Source: a virus
Lineage: Duplodnaviria > Caudoviricetes
Virus record (IMG/VR): IMGVR_UViG_3300044490_000059
Coordinates: 1-57,600 of that record
Direction: 5' to 3' (one strand)
Length of the DNA: 57,600 nucleotides
Part shown: positions 29,068-38,132 of the stretch, piece after piece
How the letters are laid out: every line of letters begins with the position of its first letter
Position numbering within the stretch: position 1 is the stretch's first letter
Made by a program: the position numbers and the translations under genes
The notes under the pieces: model-generated
What the model saw: only the letters and a program-made list of their open reading frames with translations
Database searches by the model: none
Told to the model about the DNA's origin: nothing

Positions 29068-30528
29068 ATGGGCAAGCGCAAGAAGCTCCTCCGGCGACCC
29101 TCTGTACCACCAGCCTTGTCGGCACGGGGACTGGAGTTGCGGTGGATGCGCCCGGAGGAGCTGGCTGCCAACCCCTTGAACTGGCGCATCCACAACCAGC
29201 GCCAGCGTCAAGCCTACCAAGCCCTGCGGCAGAAGGTGGGCTGGGCCGGAGCCCTACTCTACAACCTGCGCACGCAGCGGATCATCGACGGGCACATGCG
29301 GCTCGATGAGGCCGAACGGAATGCCGAGGGGGAAGTTCCCGTCCTGGTAGGCGAGTGGTCTCCCGAGGATGAGCAGATCATCCTGGCCTCCCTGGATCCC
29401 ATCGGAGCCATGGCTGTCACGGACCATGCGGCCCTCAAGAGCCTCTCCCAGGCCAACCGTGCCACGCTGACCGGTCAGCAGACCCAAGCCGCCTCCCGTC
29501 TGCGGAAGCTCACCAAGGACCTGGAGCACTACGCCAACTCCGTGGAATCCGGGGACGCTCCCAGCTCCCTGCTGCACTCGGAGTTGACGGGCCGCGCCCG
29601 GGACCACGCAGCCCTTTCCTCCAGAGAACAGGAGGTGCCGGAGGATGACTCGTCCCCTCCCGAAACCGGCTATCGTCCTCAGGAAGAGGAGGACACCGAA
29701 GTCTACTCCCGCCCGGAGATCAAAGACGAGGTATTCTTCCCGACGCTGAACTCTTGGGGGATCCCAGAGCTGCTCCCGGAACTCCTGGCTACCCCGGAGC
29801 AAGCCCCGGAGCTGACCTGGGATCGCACGGAACGGACCCTGACTGACAAGTCCTACTTCTGCCAGTCGGGACGGAGGTTCCTCTTCAAGCCCCCCTATGC
29901 CACTGGCCGGGATGTCTTCCCGGGTGGCTGCCTGGGGTTCTTCACCGAGGACTGGAGATTCGAGCACGTTTACGAGTACCCTTCCGACTATGCCCAGCAA
30001 CTGCTGGACGAGGACTGGACCTGCGTAGTCGCGCCCGACTTCTCCATGTATTCCGACTACCCCTTCCCCATGCGCCTGTGGAACCTGTACCGCAGTCGCT
30101 GGTGTGCCCGTTACTGGCAGGAGCTGGGGATCCGCGTGATCCCTGCTGTCCAGAACCTGGAGCCGGGCCCTTCTGGCCTACTCTCCGAGGAAGCCTCTCT
30201 GGTGCTGGATACCCTGCCTGTTCCCTGCCCGGTCCTGGCAATGCAATCCCGGACCCTGCATCGGGGCTGCACCTATGAAGGCTTCGCAGCGCTGGTCAAC
30301 ACTGCCGTGGAACGCCTGCAACCCCAGCTGGTGATGATCTACGGCGGCTATGAGCATCAGCGGAAGTTCCATGGGTATTTGACGCGAGGACCGGAATACC
30401 GGATGTTGGAGTCCTACACGGGAGCCCGGAAGCGCAAACGGAGGGTGGTGGAGTCCAAGACCGTCCCAGCTCTGGGAACATCCCGTCCCAATAACCGGGC
30501 TCGGAAGGTGATCCGCACTGGAGGTTGA
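29068..30528 (+). CDS. ParB/Srx-like N-terminal domain fused to DUF4417
   Basis: NPLNWRIH, IIDGHMRL; FFTEDWRFE, PDFSMYSD, WNLYRSRW..YWQELGIRVIP. Confidence 0.8.
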   Translation: MGKRKKLLRRPSVPPALSARGLELRWMRPEELAANPLNWRIHNQRQRQAYQALRQKVGWAGALLYNLRTQRIIDGHMRLDEAERNAEGEVPVLVGEWSPEDEQIILASLDPIGAMAVTDHAALKSLSQANRATLTGQQTQAASRLRKLTKDLEHYANSVESGDAPSSLLHSELTGRARDHAALSSREQEVPEDDSSPPETGYRPQEEEDTEVYSRPEIKDEVFFPTLNSWGIPELLPELLATPEQAPELTWDRTERTLTDKSYFCQSGRRFLFKPPYATGRDVFPGGCLGFFTEDWRFEHVYEYPSDYAQQLLDEDWTCVVAPDFSMYSDYPFPMRLWNLYRSRWCARYWQELGIRVIPAVQNLEPGPSGLLSEEASLVLDTLPVPCPVLAMQSRTLHRGCTYEGFAALVNTAVERLQPQLVMIYGGYEHQRKFHGYLTRGPEYRMLESYTGARKRKRRVVESKTVPALGTSRPNNRARKVIRTGG

Positions 30529-30530
30529 CC

Positions 30531-30851
30531 ATGGCTAAGAAGCGTACCCGTATCCCTGGATTTGATGCCCCCCGAGCCAAGCCCGGTCGCAAGCGGAAGA
30601 AGATCACGGGTCTGGATGTCAGCACCCGCAAGAAGCGCCGGGAAGCCAAGTCCCAGCGCACCAAGTCCAGTCAGACCCCTGGACGGGCCAAGCAGCGCAA
30701 GGCAGCCGCCAAGGCGCGCCGGGGGGCTGCCGCTGCTTCCAAGGCCGCTCGTGCTGCCAGTGGCCGGAAGCGCAAAGCTAACCCTGCCAAGCCTGCCAAG
30801 CGTACGCGCCGGGTCGCCAAGAAGGCTACCCGCAAGCGGCGGCGCTTCTGA
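30531..30851 (+). CDS. histone H1-like K/R/A-rich basic protein
   Basis: GGAGG RBS; almost no acidic residues; AKRTRRVAKKATRKRRRF. Confidence 0.7.
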   Translation: MAKKRTRIPGFDAPRAKPGRKRKKITGLDVSTRKKRREAKSQRTKSSQTPGRAKQRKAAAKARRGAAAASKAARAASGRKRKANPAKPAKRTRRVAKKATRKRRRF

Positions 30852-30865
30852 TTCCGGTCCCTGTT

Positions 30866-30894
30866 TTGACACGGAATTAAATCCACACTAAACT
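30866..30894 (+). promoter_or_regulatory. sigma70-like promoter
   Basis: TTGACA-17-TAAACT. Confidence 0.6.
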
Positions 30895-31001
30895 ACCAGA
30901 AATGGTAGCCATGTGTCCCCGGTTTCCGGGGTTACCCGATAGGCCCATCCGAGAGCTACCATCAGGGTGGGTGGAACTTCCACGTAAAAGGGTGGGAAGT
31001 C

Positions 31002-31676
31002 ATGATTAGCCTGGACATCAACGGCACGTTCCATCTCTCGTCCAAGACTGAAAGCGCGGGCACGGTCATCACGGCCCTGGTGGCTCCCAAGAAGCGATCC
31101 ATTACTCGTATTACGGAGCTGCTTTACACCAGCGGCACCACGGCGCACACGCTGACCATTCTGCGCCCCGTAGCGCGAACCACCATTGCCTCGGCGGTCA
31201 CGGCTTCGGCCAACACCATCACCCTGACCTCGGTGGGTGTGGCTCTCAATCCCTCGTCTGGTGCCGTCGAGAATCTGGCAGCCAACGACTACATTGCCTG
31301 GGAACAGGACGACGGGACTTTTGACTACGACATTATCAGCGCCATCAACACCACTACCAAAGTGGTCACGCTGACCGGCACAGCTGCCTCGGCAGCCGCT
31401 GCTGGCAGGTACGTCTGGCAGTTCATGGAAGTGGGTCGAGCCAGCCATGTGATCTTGACTCCGCAGGTAGCCTTGGCGACCTACTACACCTCGTTCACGA
31501 CCCGGTTTGCCAACGAGACTGCCGGGGTCTGCACGTCGGGGATTCCCAAGGATGTGGACCCCTACAACTACAGCCAGTCGGGTATCCAACGCTACGCTCC
31601 GCTACTGTTGCATTCCACCAATGCCACGGCGGCAGGCAAGATCGTGGCGGTCAACGGCTACTACGCCCGGAAATGA
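31002..31676 (+). CDS. hypothetical T/A-rich beta protein, probably structural
   Basis: Clean ORF with genome-typical codon use. Confidence 0.6.
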   Translation: MISLDINGTFHLSSKTESAGTVITALVAPKKRSITRITELLYTSGTTAHTLTILRPVARTTIASAVTASANTITLTSVGVALNPSSGAVENLAANDYIAWEQDDGTFDYDIISAINTTTKVVTLTGTAASAAAAGRYVWQFMEVGRASHVILTPQVALATYYTSFTTRFANETAGVCTSGIPKDVDPYNYSQSGIQRYAPLLLHSTNATAAGKIVAVNGYYARK

Positions 31677-31787
31677 GGGCAGCTGACAATCTTCGCAGGA
31701 CAGTGCTTTGTCGTCGCGGACCTCCTGGAGAGTGACCGCGCTTTCTCTCCAGGAGGTACTTATCACCACCTCAGTTAGAGATCTGCC

Positions 31788-32024
31788 ATGGCTACTCGCC
31801 TTCGTCGCCGTCATCAACTGAAGCGCTCCGGGGGCAAGCTCTCGGCAGCTGTGACTCTGGGACGCCGAGGAGGCTTGCGAGGCGGCCCTGCTCGCGCCCG
31901 GTCCCTGACCCCTGGAGAGCGGACCAAGATCGCTCGCATGGGGGCCCGAGCCAAGAACTCTGCCGCCACTCCTCGCCGCAAGTACCGCCGGGGCACCTAT
32001 GGAGCTGGTGGCAAGAAAGGCTGA
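31788..32024 (+). CDS. small basic protein (LGRRGGLRGGPARARSLTPGERTKIARMGA)
   Basis: KGG/stress-protein-like basic motif. Confidence 0.6.
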   Translation: MATRLRRRHQLKRSGGKLSAAVTLGRRGGLRGGPARARSLTPGERTKIARMGARAKNSAATPRRKYRRGTYGAGGKKG

Positions 32025-32066
32025 TCCTGCCCACGAAACCCTACTTTGCCTGAAAGGGGGTGACCA

Positions 32067-32147
32067 ATGTGCGGCTCTTCTTGTGGGGCTCCCAAGACCA
32101 AGAAGCGGAAGCTCAAGCCCCGCCCCAAACCACGTCGCGTAGGGTAG
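32067..32147 (+). CDS. 26-aa basic peptide MCGSSCGAPKTKKRKLKPRPKPRRVG (below the ORF-track cutoff)
   Basis: AAGGGGGTG RBS-like sequence upstream; lies between the basic gene and the terminator. Confidence 0.45.
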   Translation: MCGSSCGAPKTKKRKLKPRPKPRRVG

Positions 32148-32186
32148 GTGGTTTCGAGGTCCAGGCTTCACTCCCCTGGTAACCTC

Positions 32187-32230
32187 AACCCCGGTGCCAC
32201 TTCACCTTTCCTGGCACCGGGGTTTTTCTT
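32187..32230 (+). terminator. intrinsic terminator
   Basis: AACCCCGGTGCCA/TGGCACCGGGGTT stem followed by a T-run. Confidence 0.8.
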
Positions 32231-32238
32231 GCGCTGGT

Positions 32239-32334
32239 GCTTGAGCGCTCAAGCGCGCAGCCGCGATCTCCGCTTTCCTCCTGGCCCTGGCGGCTAAAAA
32301 ACACCGGCCCATTCGGGGGGCGGGAAAATCCCAC
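32239..32334. repeat. imperfect ~100-bp direct repeat, copy 1 (starts with palindrome GCTTGAGCGCTCAAGC)
   Basis: Matches 37490-37588 in three ordered blocks. Confidence 0.7.
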
Positions 32335-32487
32335 TGCCCGCCTCGAGGAAATTCCCCGCCGCCCACGTCAGGGAAATTCCCGGCCATCCGCGCCCTAGCT
32401 TGGTCACCGGGAAATTCCCGGTCATGACCACCCACGTCTACTGCCAAGATATTTTGCAGATTCTTCCTATTTCTGCCGATAGTAGTC

Positions 32488-32515
32488 TTGACGCGAGTAT
32501 TCCTGGCGATAGACT
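32488..32515 (+). promoter_or_regulatory. sigma70-like promoter
   Basis: TTGACG-16-TAGACT upstream of the DUF932 gene. Confidence 0.55.
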
Positions 32516-32559
32516 TATGGCAGAGTCGCAAACGTCCTTCCCTCAGAGGAGTCGAAACC

Positions 32560-33579
32560 ATGACCGCCGACATCAGCTTTGTGAATGGCCGCGCCGAAGC
32601 GTTCACCTCCTTGCGTCCCGCTTGGTGGGACCGGGACTCCGAGTACGTCACCGACCACCACCTGACCTCGGAAGAGATCTGGGGCGACCGAGGCTTGTTC
32701 AACTTCACCTACGAAAAGCGCCCCGTCTACGATGAGCACGGCAACCCTGTCCCGGGCTTCTTCCGCACCGTCCGCGCCGACACGAACCACACTGTCGGGT
32801 GCGGTGTCACCGACCGCTACACCATCGTGCAGCCCCGCGCTGCCCTCGGGTGGATGGACTCCCTGATGATGGACGGCGTGATGCGCTACGCCTCGGCTGG
32901 GGTGCTCAAAGGTGGGCGGGACCTGTGGATTCTGGGCGTCATCCCAGACGCGGAAAGATCCCCTATCGCTGGTGAAACCCACCACCATTACGTGCTCTGG
33001 ACTGACCGTTTCGACGGTGGTGGCACGCTGAAGTGGTTCCCCTGCTCCACCCGCGTGGAGTGTGCCAATACCCTGTCCCTGGCACTGGGCGAACGTCAGG
33101 CCGACTTCAAGCCCTTACGCCACACTAGCTCCATTGGTTCCCGCTTGGCCGACGCTCGAGACGCCATCCTGGCTGCCAAGGAGACGTTCCGGCGCTACAA
33201 CGCTGGTTGCTTGAAGCTGATTTCGTCCAAGTACACCCGGGACACCTGCCGCGAGTACATCGCCCAGTTGTTCCCTGCACCCCTGGACCCCACCACCAAA
33301 CGGCCCTTGGAGAAGGGGCGCGCCCATACCTCCTGGCAGAACAAGATTCAGGAAGTCCGCACGGCCTTTGTCCATCCCGCCAATACCCGCGCGGACATGG
33401 TGGGCACCTACTACCAGTTGTTCAATGCCATCACCATGGCAGTGGATCACGGGCGGATTTTCCACAGTCGCGGTGAGTCCCAGGACCGGGCCGACAACCG
33501 GTTCCTGAACCTGATGTCCGGGCCCGGTGCCGAACTGAAGAGCCAAGCCTTCGAGCTGGCTTTGCAGATGGCAAGCTAA
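32560..33579 (+). CDS. DUF932 family (TIGR03299-like phage/plasmid) protein
   Basis: VTDRYTIVQP, SAGVLKGGR, DRFDGGG, RVECANTL; GAGGAG RBS. Confidence 0.85.
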   Translation: MTADISFVNGRAEAFTSLRPAWWDRDSEYVTDHHLTSEEIWGDRGLFNFTYEKRPVYDEHGNPVPGFFRTVRADTNHTVGCGVTDRYTIVQPRAALGWMDSLMMDGVMRYASAGVLKGGRDLWILGVIPDAERSPIAGETHHHYVLWTDRFDGGGTLKWFPCSTRVECANTLSLALGERQADFKPLRHTSSIGSRLADARDAILAAKETFRRYNAGCLKLISSKYTRDTCREYIAQLFPAPLDPTTKRPLEKGRAHTSWQNKIQEVRTAFVHPANTRADMVGTYYQLFNAITMAVDHGRIFHSRGESQDRADNRFLNLMSGPGAELKSQAFELALQMAS

Positions 33580-33802
33580 CCCGTCAGAGGAAGTAACGCC
33601 TAACCTATAAGGAACCCAAGCCATGTTCTGAGCTGTCGCAGGCGGGCAGGCTCATCCCGCCGAGTCTGGACCTGGGGATTAGCTACCCCCAGAGAAAGGC
33701 GACCAGCGATGCCCTCGAGTGCCCCCGGGCGCGGACGACCCGGGGGCCTACGCTCCTCCGAGTTTTTCCCGCCCTATCACACCCTCAATAGGAACCACCC
33801 TC

Positions 33803-34126
33803 ATGGCTACCAAGTACAGCAAACGCCACTACCAGCACCTCGCCCGCTTCCTGAAGTCCCAGCAACCCGAGAACCCGTACCGACTGCCCGAGCTGTCCTC
33901 GGAAGCGTCCCGCGCTCGCTATCGCTACTGGGAGCAACTGGTATTCAGCCTTGCAGACGAGTTGACCGAAGACAGCCAGCGCTTCAACCGCCTGCGTTTC
34001 CTAGCTGCCTGTGGTGTAGTCAAAACCCTGGCTGAGGTCTTCGCAGAGCATGAACACCCTGCCCAAGGTCTGCCTCGATTAACTGTTTCCGACCTGCCTG
34101 CCCTCGAACGCTTTCTCCAGGAGTGA
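33803..34126 (+). CDS. hypothetical phage protein (RFNRLRFLAACG type)
   Basis: KRHYQHLA...RFLAACG pattern seen in small early phage proteins. Confidence 0.65.
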   Translation: MATKYSKRHYQHLARFLKSQQPENPYRLPELSSEASRARYRYWEQLVFSLADELTEDSQRFNRLRFLAACGVVKTLAEVFAEHEHPAQGLPRLTVSDLPALERFLQE

Positions 34127-34131
34127 TCGCC

Positions 34132-34794
34132 ATGACCATCAGCAGCTTTATCTGTGCCGAACCTGCAATCTCCTGCCCCTGGTCCTGTGGTTTCGAGGAC
34201 GACTGCGAGCACGGTTGGCACTTGGCCGACTACTACCACGTAACCTCAGAGTCCTGGCGCGTATCGAGGTACAGCGATGGCACCTGTGAACTCATCGACA
34301 CCGAAGACGTTCCTGACTTTGACGCCTGCAACAAGGCATGGCAGGAATACTTCGCCTACGTGGTGGATACTGGGAAAGACCCGCTGAGTCAGTTCTATCT
34401 ACCCCCGGCAGCTTACGGAGTCGTCCGCTCCCGTCTCTGGCAGGCCCAGATTCGGGCGCATATCGGGATGTCCAAGTCCGGGCCCCTGGTCAATGGCTTG
34501 CGCCGCAATGGCCGAGGTCCCTGGCTCCGTCCCGACGACGTACCTCGAGCAGTCCGCGACTACCTCGAACTGCTCCCGGAGCACAAAAACCGACTCTACA
34601 ACTTTCGCGGCACCAAGGAGCACTCTTTCGCCACCCTGGAAGCATCCTCCATCGTGCGCAGTCGCAGGCCGGATAGCCTGACCCTGCTCATCTGGTTCCG
34701 CGTGGATGAACGGGGCCCCGCTTGGACCCCAGAGAAAATCCGGGCCTACTTGAAGAAAGTTGCCCGCAGAAACTTCAGGAGAAACCGCAGATGA
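34132..34794 (+). CDS. hypothetical protein
   Basis: AGGAG RBS; tightly packed ORF. Confidence 0.6.
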   Translation: MTISSFICAEPAISCPWSCGFEDDCEHGWHLADYYHVTSESWRVSRYSDGTCELIDTEDVPDFDACNKAWQEYFAYVVDTGKDPLSQFYLPPAAYGVVRSRLWQAQIRAHIGMSKSGPLVNGLRRNGRGPWLRPDDVPRAVRDYLELLPEHKNRLYNFRGTKEHSFATLEASSIVRSRRPDSLTLLIWFRVDERGPAWTPEKIRAYLKKVARRNFRRNRR

Positions 34795-35015
34795 CTTCCC
34801 GACGACGCCTACACCCACCCCAGGCCAAGACCAAGCCCGACCAGCCGCCTCGAGAGCCCAAAGTTTACAGCGTCCCTGTGGGCTTCTGCGCAGTCACCAC
34901 TGCGCACAGTCCCCAGGACGCCTATCGGCGCGTGCGTAGTGCCCTGGAGAAGTTCGAGGCGATCACCGACATGCGCATTCAGTTCGTGGGCTTTGAGCCC
35001 CTGTACCGACTGTGA
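34791..35015 (+). CDS. hypothetical protein
   Basis: ATGA overlap with the upstream gene; AGGAG RBS. Confidence 0.5.
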   Translation: MTSRRRLHPPQAKTKPDQPPREPKVYSVPVGFCAVTTAHSPQDAYRRVRSALEKFEAITDMRIQFVGFEPLYRL

Positions 35016-35053
35016 CCTTACACCCCACCTTTACCCCAGAGAAAGACTGCACC

Positions 35054-35392
35054 ATGTCTGCTCGCACCGGTCGCTACAAGCTGCCTGCCGTATTCCTGCC
35101 CCCTAGCCCTGGTCGCCCTGTGAGTGGTCCCATCCGCCTCGGTGTCAACCAATGGGCAGTGCTCCAACGGTTGGTGCGATATGGTGTCTACCCTCGTGGG
35201 TGGCACTATGGCACCCGTTCCCGTACCGAAAACACCCTGGAAACTCTCTGCCACCATCAGCCACCCCTGGCTAAGAGAGAGCTTGTCCAGAACCCTGAGA
35301 GCATCTACTACGGGCAGACCATTACCCTGCCTACACTAGACGGGAGGGATGTCTACCAACTCCTGCGGAAGCTCTGCCAAGACAACCCCTGA
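35054..35392 (+). CDS. hypothetical protein
   Basis: ORF in the operon. Confidence 0.5.
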   Translation: MSARTGRYKLPAVFLPPSPGRPVSGPIRLGVNQWAVLQRLVRYGVYPRGWHYGTRSRTENTLETLCHHQPPLAKRELVQNPESIYYGQTITLPTLDGRDVYQLLRKLCQDNP

Positions 35393-35425
35393 CGGTATTT
35401 TCCCACACTATTCGAGGTGACATAC

Positions 35426-35698
35426 ATGACTACCGAACCCGACCCTGATACCCTAACCGGCCTGACTCCGCTGAAAGCCATCCGGGCCAAGTGCCTCGAC
35501 TGTTGCTGCTTCAGTGCCCATGAGGTGAAACTGTGCCCAGTCGTGAAATGCCCCTTGCACCACCTCAGACTCGGCATCCGCCCCTCAACCATTGCCAAGC
35601 GGTTAGCCGATAAGGAGTCAGCTACCCCCAGAAAGAAGGGCACACAACCTTTGCACCTCAGGAGGAAACCACCCCAGACCCCAAACATCGAATCCTAG
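35426..35698 (+). CDS. small Cys-rich protein (TPLKAIRAKCLDCC...C...CPL)
   Basis: Recurrent phage Cys motif; GAGGTG RBS. Confidence 0.7.
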   Translation: MTTEPDPDTLTGLTPLKAIRAKCLDCCCFSAHEVKLCPVVKCPLHHLRLGIRPSTIAKRLADKESATPRKKGTQPLHLRRKPPQTPNIES

Positions 35699-35773
35699 CC
35701 TTCTAAGGCCATCGTAGGCCCGTGCGCAATCACGAAACCATCCCCCTAGCCACTTTGTACCAGGAACCATGTC

Positions 35774-36343
35774 ATGAGCGCCAAGCCCAGCGTAGAACGC
35801 CACAAACGAGATTCCCAGTCATCACCCCCCAAAGGTGTATCCCCCACCTCTCAACCCCACATCACCCCCTTAGCGGACGATACCCTGCGCCCTCGTCGGG
35901 TGCAGTACCTGCTACAGATTCCCTCATCGGACTCAGACCGTCCGACGTTCCTGTTCGCCGTGGATCCGCCTATGCCCCTGGTCTGCGTGCTCTCTGGTTA
36001 CCGGGCAGTGGACAAGCGAGACCTTGAAACCGGGAAGGAGGATCCCCTACGGGGTGGCATCGTAGCCCAGTACCGGCATACCACCGAGGCTACGAAGTAC
36101 GTGCTCTGGACGGTGGACCTGGACAAAGGCGGGGCCATTTTCTGGGCAGCTGACCGAGAGGGAAAACCCCTGCTCCGAGGTCCCAAACCAGATCAACAGG
36201 TGCCGGTAGCCCTGGCTTGCCACACAGACCTACCGCATACCCTGACTGCCGCTGCCCAGGAGTCCTGGACCCGGCTGAATTACCGGGTCCATGTCAACTT
36301 CAATCCACTCCAGGGATGGCGCACTGCCCGGAAGCTGGAATAA
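35774..36343 (+). CDS. hypothetical protein
   Basis: ORF followed by a terminator. Confidence 0.55.
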   Translation: MSAKPSVERHKRDSQSSPPKGVSPTSQPHITPLADDTLRPRRVQYLLQIPSSDSDRPTFLFAVDPPMPLVCVLSGYRAVDKRDLETGKEDPLRGGIVAQYRHTTEATKYVLWTVDLDKGGAIFWAADREGKPLLRGPKPDQQVPVALACHTDLPHTLTAAAQESWTRLNYRVHVNFNPLQGWRTARKLE

Positions 36344-36362
36344 CCCTACTTTCTACCCTACG

Positions 36363-36388
36363 AACCCCGGCTAAGTCCGGGGTTTTTT
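36363..36388 (+). terminator. intrinsic terminator
   Basis: AACCCCGG/CCGGGGTT stem followed by a T-run. Confidence 0.8.
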
Positions 36389-36424
36389 ATTGCACTGGGA
36401 CTTTCCGGCCCCTATACTGCCGGG

Positions 36425-37387
36425 ATGAAGCGCAAGAAAATACTACCTCCTGATGTAATCCCTATCGGTACACCAGCCGGGAAATCTACCAATGGTAAAC
36501 CTCGTGGACGGGGAATTTCCGGCAAGCTACCCGGCAGTGCTGTAGCCCAGGATTGCCTGCCGGATGTCCCCCCACCTCCCCCAGGGAAGGGTGGGCGCGG
36601 CAGACCTTGGGGAGTCGGGAAACTCTCACATATCCTGCTCTACGAAGAGCACCGCTACCAGGAAGCGCTCATGAATCTGCGCCTCGGCGCAACCATGACT
36701 ACGGTAGCCGCCATCTTGGGTGTTAAGTACGACACCCTGACCACTTGGCTCCGACGAGGTAGAACCACCAAGCGCAACCCTTACCGTAAATTCTGGGGGG
36801 ATGTCGTCCAAGCCATAGGTAACGCGCGTCTCCTGGCCGAGGCTGAGGTCAAGAGCCGGGACCCGTTCAAATGGCTGAGGTATTCAGCCAGTTCCCGACT
36901 CCTGGGTGATGAATGGCGTGAGGACCCGGAACAGTCCCAAACGGTGAATCTCCAAGGCCCAGCTGCCAATCAATCCCAGCTGACCCAGCAGGATGTGATG
37001 GAAGCGCTCATCGAGTTACGCCGATCAGGCATTGACCTGAATGCGCTGGTAGACACCGGGGCCAAGTCCTTAACCCTGGCTGCCCCCGTCCAAGTCACCA
37101 CTCCGGGAATTGTTCCCGCACTATCGCAGGATGTATCTATCCCAGAGAACGGGGGCGCAGGGGGTAGCTTAACCGGTCAAGCTGAATCTGGGAGCGACGA
37201 CGTAGCCTACGATGACGATGAGGAGGGCGAGACTACCGAGGGTGAGCACTGGGGTGAAGGGGTGACTCCCTCCCTGCCACCGGGCTTTCTCCAGCACATC
37301 CAGACCATGCCCCCGGCTGGTAACCCTTCAGCCCTGCCACCCATCCAGATCCCTGGCAATCGAGCGCTGCCCTACCATGCCCGGTAG
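36425..37387 (+). CDS. putative terminase small subunit (HTH)
   Basis: LRLGATMTTVAAILGVKYDTLTTWLRRG...YRKFWGDVVQA...KWL pattern; disordered C-terminus. Confidence 0.55.
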   Translation: MKRKKILPPDVIPIGTPAGKSTNGKPRGRGISGKLPGSAVAQDCLPDVPPPPPGKGGRGRPWGVGKLSHILLYEEHRYQEALMNLRLGATMTTVAAILGVKYDTLTTWLRRGRTTKRNPYRKFWGDVVQAIGNARLLAEAEVKSRDPFKWLRYSASSRLLGDEWREDPEQSQTVNLQGPAANQSQLTQQDVMEALIELRRSGIDLNALVDTGAKSLTLAAPVQVTTPGIVPALSQDVSIPENGGAGGSLTGQAESGSDDVAYDDDEEGETTEGEHWGEGVTPSLPPGFLQHIQTMPPAGNPSALPPIQIPGNRALPYHAR

Positions 37388-38100
37388 GGGTGCGGGTCCC
37401 ATCCCCTAGCGCCCCCCCTTACCCTTCCGCTTGAGCGCGCAGTCCAAGGCTGGGAGCGTTTCCTGGCACTCACCCGTAGGGGACCCTCCGCTTGAGCGCT
37501 CAAGCGCGTGGGCGTGTTTTCGCGTTCCTCCCTGGCCTTGGGGCTTTTTCGCCCCAAAATTTTTTTTGCGCGGGGCGGGAATTTCCACGGACCAGCCCGT
37601 CCCGAGAAAACTACCTCTTTCGGGGGGGTATCCCCCGGTCGAGGGACCCCTAAGGTGGTACTGCCTACGTCCTACGCAAGGCTTGCCTAAAGTCTACTCA
37701 CTCCGGCAAAATTGCCGATCTACCGCCACCATATCGGCAAAATTGCCGATAAATACCTAATTCCTACCTATCAGGTATGCTCACCAGATCGCACAGGATT
37801 GCGCAGGACGAGCGCGCGCCTCGGACGTACCTACACCCGCATCGGGCCGCGCGCGTCGATTCTGAGCCATTTAGATATTCATCGAAATACGCCTTAATCT
37901 CCCCCGAAAGTATGGGTCCTGGAAAGCGTCTCGGAACAGGCGTGGCGCTGGTCGAGTACAAAGGATTTTGTGGTCTTCCGGGCTGTCCGGGTCCCTTCCG
38001 GGAATTTCCCGGAATCTTGGGATTTTCCCTCAAGTCTACTTGCAATCTACTTACACGCTATATATCCTGTGTTTTGTTGGCTTGCACGGTGCAAGCCGGG
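37388..38100. other. non-coding palindrome-rich region (candidate packaging site, genome end or origin)
   Basis: 18-bp palindrome 37489-37506; two CGGCAAAATTGCCG near-palindromes at ~37704 and ~37735; CCGGGAATTTCCCGG at ~37998; no convincing ORF. Confidence 0.5.
37490..37588. repeat. imperfect ~100-bp direct repeat, copy 2
   Basis: Matches 32239-32334. Confidence 0.7.
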
Positions 38101-38132
38101 GGAAGCCTGAAAGGGAAAGGAAAGGTGGAACG

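Noticed and set aside
29068-30528. Plasmid-prophage partition system or lysogeny module
   Set aside because: No ParA, integrase or CI-like repressor recognised; the ParB-like domain is fused to DUF4417
33632-33707. Hammerhead ribozyme or tRNA
   Set aside because: GAAA is present but there is no CUGANGA core, and no T-loop or cloverleaf
37914-37920. Lambda cosQ match (GGGTCCT)
   Set aside because: A 7-mer expected by chance; no cosN/cosB arrangement recognised
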